From the IMG/VR virus record IMGVR_UViG_3300031087_000457: a stretch of 64,000 bases of DNA; one strand, given 5' to 3'. This document shows, piece after piece, positions 57,694-64,000 of this stretch. Position numbers and translations under genes: made by a program. Origin of the DNA: an uncultured virus (IMG/VR IMGVR_UViG_3300031087_000457). Taxonomy: Duplodnaviria > Heunggongvirae > Uroviricota > Caudoviricetes. Numbering within the stretch: position 1 is the first letter of the stretch; the number at the start of each line of letters is the position of its first letter. The notes under the pieces are model-generated. The model saw only the letters and a program-made list of their open reading frames with translations. It did not search any database and was not told the origin of the DNA.

Positions 57694-57783
57694 GTCCGAG
57701 AGAAATCGCAGTCTGAGCGCATAGAAATTTCGCGGGCCACGATATGAGACCCATCGGCACTTTGACAGCGGAGAGTTTAGACC

Positions 57784-60700
57784 ATGGCACTTGGAAGGCA
57801 GCAGGGGGGATCCTTCTACCTGGATTCCACCGACCTTCAGCCTCAGGGCCGTCGGACACCTAGATTCCGTAGACTTCGGGAGCTCTCTCCCGCAAAGCTC
57901 TTCCTTCAGTTCACCGTGACTCTGGTGGGACTTCTCGTCATCGCCTCCGGACTTCAGCTCACCGTGCTCGCCGATGTGATCCGCAGTGCCAGCGCAGCTG
58001 AGAAGCCCCAGGTGGGAAACAGTGGCGAAGACGACGGATCGGCCGAGGCCAACAAGAAGCTCAAGCAGGCCATGGAGGACTCGGGCTTCGATCCCGATTC
58101 CCAGTCGGACTTCGAGAAGTGGGGCTCACAGGTTCGAGCTCCCAAGGATCGGAACAGCTTCGACTACCTCTTCTACAGGCTCTTCGTTCCTCAGTACATC
58201 AACAGCACTCCCAACGCTGTGAGCACAACCAACAGTGGAAGGACCTCCGGCTGCGCCGCGCCCCAGAATGGCAAGGGCACCATCGTCTACCACAACTGCG
58301 ATGTGCCCAACATCTCAGGTGAGATCGTCCAGGACATCGTTCGGTTCATCGTTCCCTCCGGAGCCTACAACGCGACACAGGAATCGGCCAAGGCAACCTT
58401 CGGCCTCCCCAGTGGCATCCTTCCCGGCAACGGTCAGGTACCCGTGAGCGAGGGTGCTCGGAGCTACAAGTACACCGGCCTCGAGCTCTACGGCTACAAT
58501 CTCAAGTACAGCGCCTACCTCGGTGAGTGGGACTACATCAAGGTCTTCACCAAGGCTCGCGCCATGAGCAACTTCGGCGTCTTCGACAATCTGAAGCTCG
58601 GTGGTAAGGCCGTCATCGACGGTGCTGTGGGTGCTGTGGGCAACAGCGTCGAGGGCTGGAACAGCGGTTTTGACTCCGGTGGTCTCGCTGGAGCAATCGG
58701 AGGCTTCTTCAGCGGGTTCTTCGAGGGCGGCGCTACCGCCAGCGTCAACACCATCATGGACACATCTGATCTCAATGTGTTCGAGCAGCAGGCCTGGTAT
58801 CGACCGGACTTCGGGGCCACTACCTACGGCGCTCGATCCATGAACTCAGCGGAGCTATCGGCGGAGTCCCTTCGCTGGATGAACTCCATGATGAACTACT
58901 ACCAGCCCAACAAGGGCGTCATCCCTGAGGACTTCCCCAGCAAGACTCCACCGGCAAAGCCTCTAGAGGCGATCTCCAGCTGTGCGGTGATCTCCAATGC
59001 CTCTGGAGCCATGAAGGCCTGGGGACAGAAGAGCACCGCTCCAGGGGTCACAGAGGCAGAATGTAGGGCCGAAGGCGACAGGCTCAAGGCATCTATCCAG
59101 TCTGACCTCAACGACGCTGCTACGGGCGGAGAGGAACCACAGCAGCTCACGGGCGCATCCTACAAGTGGGATGCCGAGGGCACGCAGGCTCAGGAGTCCA
59201 TCGCTTCCTGGAGTCAGAAGAACAGTGGCTTCATCTCCTCCATGAGCAAGTATGGCTGGAGCTGCTCGCTTCCCAGCGAGGGTAGCCTTCAGGGTCGCGC
59301 TCCAGGCATCGACGCCTGGTACAGCTGCTTCAGCTCAAGCTACGACGCCAACTACACCAAGACCCTCAACGAGGAGAAGGTCAAGGAGAACAACAAGTAC
59401 ACCGACAGCATCTTCGGAAAGTTCTCCGGGCTCTTCGCTGGATTCTATGCGGCGCTCCACCAGGACGGCAATTTCAACGCTGCCTACAACCGCTTCGTCT
59501 GCCAGGACACTCGCACCGGCAAGGACATCATGGACGGAGCCCGCAACGCGAGGGTCTACAACAGCGACGGAACGCTTACGGGCAAGTGTGGAGCCATTCG
59601 AGCTCCCATCCAGGACGGACTCTACGGCAACGGCTACACCGCTGGCCAGAACAGCGCTGCCCAGGATACTCGCCGGGCGGCATTCAGCCCCCTGGAGAGC
59701 CTGGCCACTGCCCTGGGCAACACTGCAGCCAACATGTCTCTGAAGGTCTCGGTTGTCGTCACTCAGCTTTCGAACACCGTGCTCGGCCTCGCCTTCACTC
59801 CGGTGCTCGACGCTCTGGGCATCCGAGATGTGGTGACGAGCCTCGTGACGAGCTTCCGGGACAGCATGTTCATGCCCCTGGCCGTGCTCATCATCGCCCT
59901 GGGAGCGGTGAGCATCCTTATCCGAGCCATCCGTAGCGGAGCCTACGCATCCGCCTTCGGTTCTTTCCTCTACATCGTGGCCGCCTTCCTCCTCGGCGTC
60001 ATCATCCTCGCTAAGCCCGCAGCAACCCTGAAGGCCATCGACGAGGCTCCGGTGCTCATCGAGAACACCGTGCTCACGGCCATGTTCAGCTCCAGTGGCT
60101 CTGCCGACGAGCTCTGCACCGCCACTGGCAGCTCTAGCGGTGTGGGCACTGGTGGTAAGCAGATCGACAACACGAGAGGCTTCGATCCCAACGCTAGCAC
60201 CCGCATGCTCATGTGCGAGAACTGGAGATCCTTCGTCTTCACGCCCTGGGTCTTCGGTCAGTGGGGTACCGGCTACGAGAACCTCTACGCCAAGGGCTAT
60301 GCTCCAGAGGGGGCCAAGGAGCTCACCAACACCAACGGGAAGCTCGTGGGCAATGCCGGAGTGAACTTCGGTGGCGGCAATGTGATCCACAACTGGGCTA
60401 CCTACCAGCTCGCCACAACCTCAGTGGGCACCTCCACCACCGCAGACCCCTCGAGGCCCACCGGTGTGGTCAACAAGAACTTCTACCGCATCGTGGATGC
60501 TCAGATGGGACCCAACGGGGGCAAGGGCACAGATGCTACCTACGCCCAGAGCTGGTCCAAGTTCAGTGGCGACACGGCAGCTGCCACCATCTTCGGTCCA
60601 GTTGCTGCAGTCATGGGTGCTGTGGTGGTCATCGGCTACACCCTGGCGAAGCTCGAGCTGGTCTTCGTGACGATCTTCCTTCTGGTCATCCTTCCGATCA

Positions 60701-62046
60701 TGCTCCTCATCGGAATCCACCCCACCTTCGGAAGACAGAAGCTCAAGGCCTACGCTGGCACCCTAGTCGGCCTGATGATTCAGCGAGTGCTCCTCACCGT
60801 GCTCATGGGTCTCCTCTTTAAGTTCCTGTTCTCCATCGCTGCCTCGGGAGCCTCCTACCTCGTCGTGGCCATCGTGAGCATCATTGTGGCCGGACTCTTC
60901 ATCGGCTACAGAAAGGAGCTCCTCGGCCTGGTCCAGCGCTCCATGGATGCAGCTGCTGGAAGCTTTGCTGGCGGCGCGCTCTACAACGCTCGAGGTCAGA
61001 TCGCTCAGCGCATCCCCGTGGGCCTCAGGAACTACGCTTCGCTCCGCAAGGAGGAAGCTCGAGGCATGGCCTTCGGCACCGTCGCGGCTATCCGTCACAG
61101 GCAGACCCTGGAGGAGCTCCCCGGCACCCTGAAGACCATCCGGGACACCTACAGGTCTCGAGAGGGAGCCTCTCAGCTCCTCACGGGCCTCGGTGGAAGC
61201 CAGAAGGCTCGAAACCTCAGGAGCAGCATCGACCGGGATCTCGATAAGAGATTCAACCACGGAGAAGAGTACCAGGGAGCCAGGGATGCTATCCTGGAGA
61301 AGGCAGCAGTTCCCGATGGATCCTTCAACCGGGATGGAGATCTCGTCGTTCCTGAGTACCAGACCGACCTCAACCCCGGGCAGGTTGAGAAGCGGGACGG
61401 TGAGGGTCGCCTCCTCGATGAGAATAACGAGCCCATCGTCATCGGAGAGCAGGTTCAGCGCACGGCAATCTTCAAGCAGAAGAAGACCCTGAACCGAACT
61501 TCGGTGCGTCGGGAGCTCGTCCGCCACAGGAACCTCTCGGAGAAGCTCTCCAAGCTCGAGGAGAAGAAGACCCGTCGCATCGTTGCGGGCGAGGAGCTCG
61601 CGCTCAAGCGCATGGGCCACACCAAGCCCATCGACAAGCTCAGCGATGAGGAGCGAGTCAGGCGTCAGGCAGATCGAGCTCGCATCCACCTCGAGCTCAC
61701 TCGCCACTCAAAGAGAGACGGCCGCAACCTCGGAGCCGATGGACAGCCTCTGCAGGTCGATCGAGCTGGCACGAACATCGAACGCAAGATCGAGCGCACC
61801 TCTAGCGCCCTGGAGGGCACCATAGAGGGAGCAGTAGCCTCAGGTCGATTCGCCCCCAATGAGGAGCGCAGCCGAGCTCAGGCGGAAGCCTACAGGGAGC
61901 TCAAGGATCTAGTCTCTCAGGCTAATCGGGACCTAGCTGATAGTTTAGATAGAAGCTTCGGAGTCTCGGACACGATCCGTGAGGCGCGGAGCTCCATCAA
62001 CAGACAGCTCGGTAGGGATGATTTCGGTGACTTCGGTAGGAGGTAG
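57784..62046 (+). CDS. Giant VirB6/TcpH-like conjugation membrane protein 2
   Basis: Large exported domain, TM blocks, CENWRSFVFTPWVFGQWGT. Confidence 0.7.
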   Translation: MALGRQQGGSFYLDSTDLQPQGRRTPRFRRLRELSPAKLFLQFTVTLVGLLVIASGLQLTVLADVIRSASAAEKPQVGNSGEDDGSAEANKKLKQAMEDSGFDPDSQSDFEKWGSQVRAPKDRNSFDYLFYRLFVPQYINSTPNAVSTTNSGRTSGCAAPQNGKGTIVYHNCDVPNISGEIVQDIVRFIVPSGAYNATQESAKATFGLPSGILPGNGQVPVSEGARSYKYTGLELYGYNLKYSAYLGEWDYIKVFTKARAMSNFGVFDNLKLGGKAVIDGAVGAVGNSVEGWNSGFDSGGLAGAIGGFFSGFFEGGATASVNTIMDTSDLNVFEQQAWYRPDFGATTYGARSMNSAELSAESLRWMNSMMNYYQPNKGVIPEDFPSKTPPAKPLEAISSCAVISNASGAMKAWGQKSTAPGVTEAECRAEGDRLKASIQSDLNDAATGGEEPQQLTGASYKWDAEGTQAQESIASWSQKNSGFISSMSKYGWSCSLPSEGSLQGRAPGIDAWYSCFSSSYDANYTKTLNEEKVKENNKYTDSIFGKFSGLFAGFYAALHQDGNFNAAYNRFVCQDTRTGKDIMDGARNARVYNSDGTLTGKCGAIRAPIQDGLYGNGYTAGQNSAAQDTRRAAFSPLESLATALGNTAANMSLKVSVVVTQLSNTVLGLAFTPVLDALGIRDVVTSLVTSFRDSMFMPLAVLIIALGAVSILIRAIRSGAYASAFGSFLYIVAAFLLGVIILAKPAATLKAIDEAPVLIENTVLTAMFSSSGSADELCTATGSSSGVGTGGKQIDNTRGFDPNASTRMLMCENWRSFVFTPWVFGQWGTGYENLYAKGYAPEGAKELTNTNGKLVGNAGVNFGGGNVIHNWATYQLATTSVGTSTTADPSRPTGVVNKNFYRIVDAQMGPNGGKGTDATYAQSWSKFSGDTAAATIFGPVAAVMGAVVVIGYTLAKLELVFVTIFLLVILPIMLLIGIHPTFGRQKLKAYAGTLVGLMIQRVLLTVLMGLLFKFLFSIAASGASYLVVAIVSIIVAGLFIGYRKELLGLVQRSMDAAAGSFAGGALYNARGQIAQRIPVGLRNYASLRKEEARGMAFGTVAAIRHRQTLEELPGTLKTIRDTYRSREGASQLLTGLGGSQKARNLRSSIDRDLDKRFNHGEEYQGARDAILEKAAVPDGSFNRDGDLVVPEYQTDLNPGQVEKRDGEGRLLDENNEPIVIGEQVQRTAIFKQKKTLNRTSVRRELVRHRNLSEKLSKLEEKKTRRIVAGEELALKRMGHTKPIDKLSDEERVRRQADRARIHLELTRHSKRDGRNLGADGQPLQVDRAGTNIERKIERTSSALEGTIEGAVASGRFAPNEERSRAQAEAYRELKDLVSQANRDLADSLDRSFGVSDTIREARSSINRQLGRDDFGDFGRR

Positions 62047-62051
62047 AGTTC

Positions 62052-64000
62052 GTGGCGAGCTACGCTAACTCCGACCTCAGGAAGAGAACGAGCAGGCCGA
62101 GGACCTTCGGGCTGAGGCCCTTCGCTGCAGTCGCCGTGATCTTCGGAATCGTGCTCTCCATGTTCGGAGTGCTAGCCGCGACTCTAGGACCACAGAGAGC
62201 GGTTCAGGAAGCGGATGCCTTCGACCCCGTGAACTCAGTGATCTGCGGACTCTTCCCCGATGACGCTCCGATCCGCAAGGCCTATCAGGCCTCTCAGACG
62301 GACGATCTCTACTTTGATCTTCAGTCCAAGTCCGCAGTGAGCAGCGGTAAGGCAGATGTGAGCAGCGGCCTCAACTGGATCCTCATGGCTTCGGGCATGG
62401 ACTTCAACAAGGTCAACGAGGGCATCATCGGCCAGGAGGTTGAGAAGGCGGGAACTTCCCTCCGGGAGACCAAGAGCGATGACGAGCTCAAGAAGAGCTG
62501 GAACAAGGGACCGCAGGTAAGCCCCTTCGACCGCTTCGGCATGGCCGGCACCACATTCAGCTCCTACAACGGTGAGTGGAAGTACTACAAGGTCGACTCC
62601 TGCTCCGATGAGGCTCCCGTAGACCTCAAGGAAGGCGACTACTACGAAGGCCGTCTAGAGACAAGGTCCACCTGGGAAGACCGGGCAGACTCCAAGGATC
62701 CTCGCACCGTACAGCACTACAAGGGCGAGACCTCTAGATTCTGGTTCGGCTTCGTCACGCTGATCTCAAACCTGATCTTCTGGGTGACCAAGCTCATCAC
62801 AACGGCTACCATCGCCTTTGTGAGCTTCTCCTTCTCCGACATCAGTAGCACTCTTGGGCTCAATGGCATTCTCTCTGGAGATTCCTCAGGAGACGGCGTC
62901 TTCGGCTATCTGTTCACGGGGGTCTACACTCCGCTCATCGTGCTAGCTATGGTGGCTACCGGCTTCAAGATCTTTTTCGATGGAGTCGTCCGGAAGCAGT
63001 TCCGCAATGCTCTCAGCACTGCAGGAATCTCCATCGCTATGTTCCTCTTCGCCATCGTCGTATCGGTGAAGCCGGACCTCTTCGTGAACTTCCCCAACAA
63101 GGCATCGGTGCTGGTCCAGGCTGTCATCGTCAAGTCCTTCACGGGCGAGCTCTCGGGTGACAGGGGTATCTGCTCCACGGACATCGGAAGCAAGCCCATC
63201 GGCATCCAGGATGGCACCAACGGCAAGGACGACCAGGGCTACCTCGATGGGATTGCCGCTAACATGCGATCCTCCATCGGCTGCAACTTCTGGCAGACCT
63301 TCGTGTTCAAGCCCTGGGCTCAGGGGCAGTGGGGAACCGACTGGAACGAGACCTGGGCCAAGGGCAAGACCGCAAAGTGGGCACCGGCCGGCCACCAGGA
63401 GCTCCAGAACACCAATGGGGCCATCGTGGGAGACGCAGCCGTTCCCCTCGGTGATGGAAAGGTCATGCACAACTGGGCTGTCTTCAACCTATCCACCCTG
63501 ACCAACGCTCACTCTCCCGTCGGCGAGGAAGGCCACTACTCGAAGTACTCCCAGGGTGTGGCCAACGACTGGTGGAGGATCGTGGATGCTCTCACCAACT
63601 ACGAGGAGGTCCCCAACAAGGATCAGATCAGCGTCGCGGGTGGAGGCTCCGAAGACATCGAGTACACGGTCCCCAAGGGCAACGCTCCCCTCGAGGACTG
63701 GGACACCTGGAGCGGCAACAATCCGGGCAACCGCTTCGCGTCGGCTATCTCATCCCTGTTCATCGGAGCGGTGGGTCTCATCGCGCCCTTCTTCCTGGGG
63801 CTCATGGCCGCAGTCTACTCCCTGGGCATGACCATCGTCATGGCCTTCCTTCCGGTGATGCTCCTCTTCGGTGCCTGGGGCGGTCGAGGCTTTGAGATCT
63901 TCAAGCAGTGGGCGAAGCTCCTCTGGAAGCTCTTCACCCAGCGCATCGCTGTGGGCATCATGCTCATGCTTTCCATCGTCTTCGTCAATGCGGCCATCGT
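62052..64000 (+). CDS. Giant VirB6/TcpH-like conjugation membrane protein 3 (3'-truncated; missing from the ORF track)
   Basis: GTG 62052 (MASYANSDLRKRT...), frame appears open to the window end; CNFWQTFVFKPWAQGQWGT at about 63282. Confidence 0.75.
   Translation, partial: MASYANSDLRKRTSRPRTFGLRPFAAVAVIFGIVLSMFGVLAATLGPQRAVQEADAFDPVNSVICGLFPDDAPIRKAYQASQTDDLYFDLQSKSAVSSGKADVSSGLNWILMASGMDFNKVNEGIIGQEVEKAGTSLRETKSDDELKKSWNKGPQVSPFDRFGMAGTTFSSYNGEWKYYKVDSCSDEAPVDLKEGDYYEGRLETRSTWEDRADSKDPRTVQHYKGETSRFWFGFVTLISNLIFWVTKLITTATIAFVSFSFSDISSTLGLNGILSGDSSGDGVFGYLFTGVYTPLIVLAMVATGFKIFFDGVVRKQFRNALSTAGISIAMFLFAIVVSVKPDLFVNFPNKASVLVQAVIVKSFTGELSGDRGICSTDIGSKPIGIQDGTNGKDDQGYLDGIAANMRSSIGCNFWQTFVFKPWAQGQWGTDWNETWAKGKTAKWAPAGHQELQNTNGAIVGDAAVPLGDGKVMHNWAVFNLSTLTNAHSPVGEEGHYSKYSQGVANDWWRIVDALTNYEEVPNKDQISVAGGGSEDIEYTVPKGNAPLEDWDTWSGNNPGNRFASAISSLFIGAVGLIAPFFLGLMAAVYSLGMTIVMAFLPVMLLFGAWGGRGFEIFKQWAKLLWKLFTQRIAVGIMLMLSIVFVNAAI

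Noticed and set aside
1..64000. tRNA, rRNA, CRISPR array, phage structural genes
   Set aside because: None recognisable by eye; tRNAscan-SE, Infernal and CRISPR finders would be needed to exclude them formally.

Overview
GC-rich window (roughly 60-65% by eye), densely coding and almost entirely on the + strand. It looks like part of a very large, probably actinobacterial, self-transmissible extrachromosomal element (megaplasmid or ICE-like); no virion genes are visible. It has three gene sets. (i) Replication and nucleotide genes reminiscent of jumbo phages: GyrB/ParE-like subunit, Prim-Pol Rep-like protein, ThyX-like, NrdH, a split TopA, DnaG, SbcC/Rad50, HU, PIN-PhoH. (ii) Three sigma70-like factors. 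(iii) A Gram-positive-type conjugation set: VirD4-like coupling protein, TcpC-like, pilin-like, an ATPase-less VirB4 N-half, three giant VirB6/TcpH-like paralogues, cell-wall hydrolases, TadE-like pilins and a CpaF ATPase. Main unexpected signals: a His/Cys N-terminal tag shared by three otherwise unrelated proteins; topA split in two around an SprT-like protease gene; a T4 beta-glucosyltransferase-like gene next to dnaG; apparent total absence of the palindrome ACGT; and a recurrent intergenic YGATAT motif ahead of the transfer genes, suggesting an element-encoded sigma cascade. All family calls come from motif recognition by eye, not from database searches.
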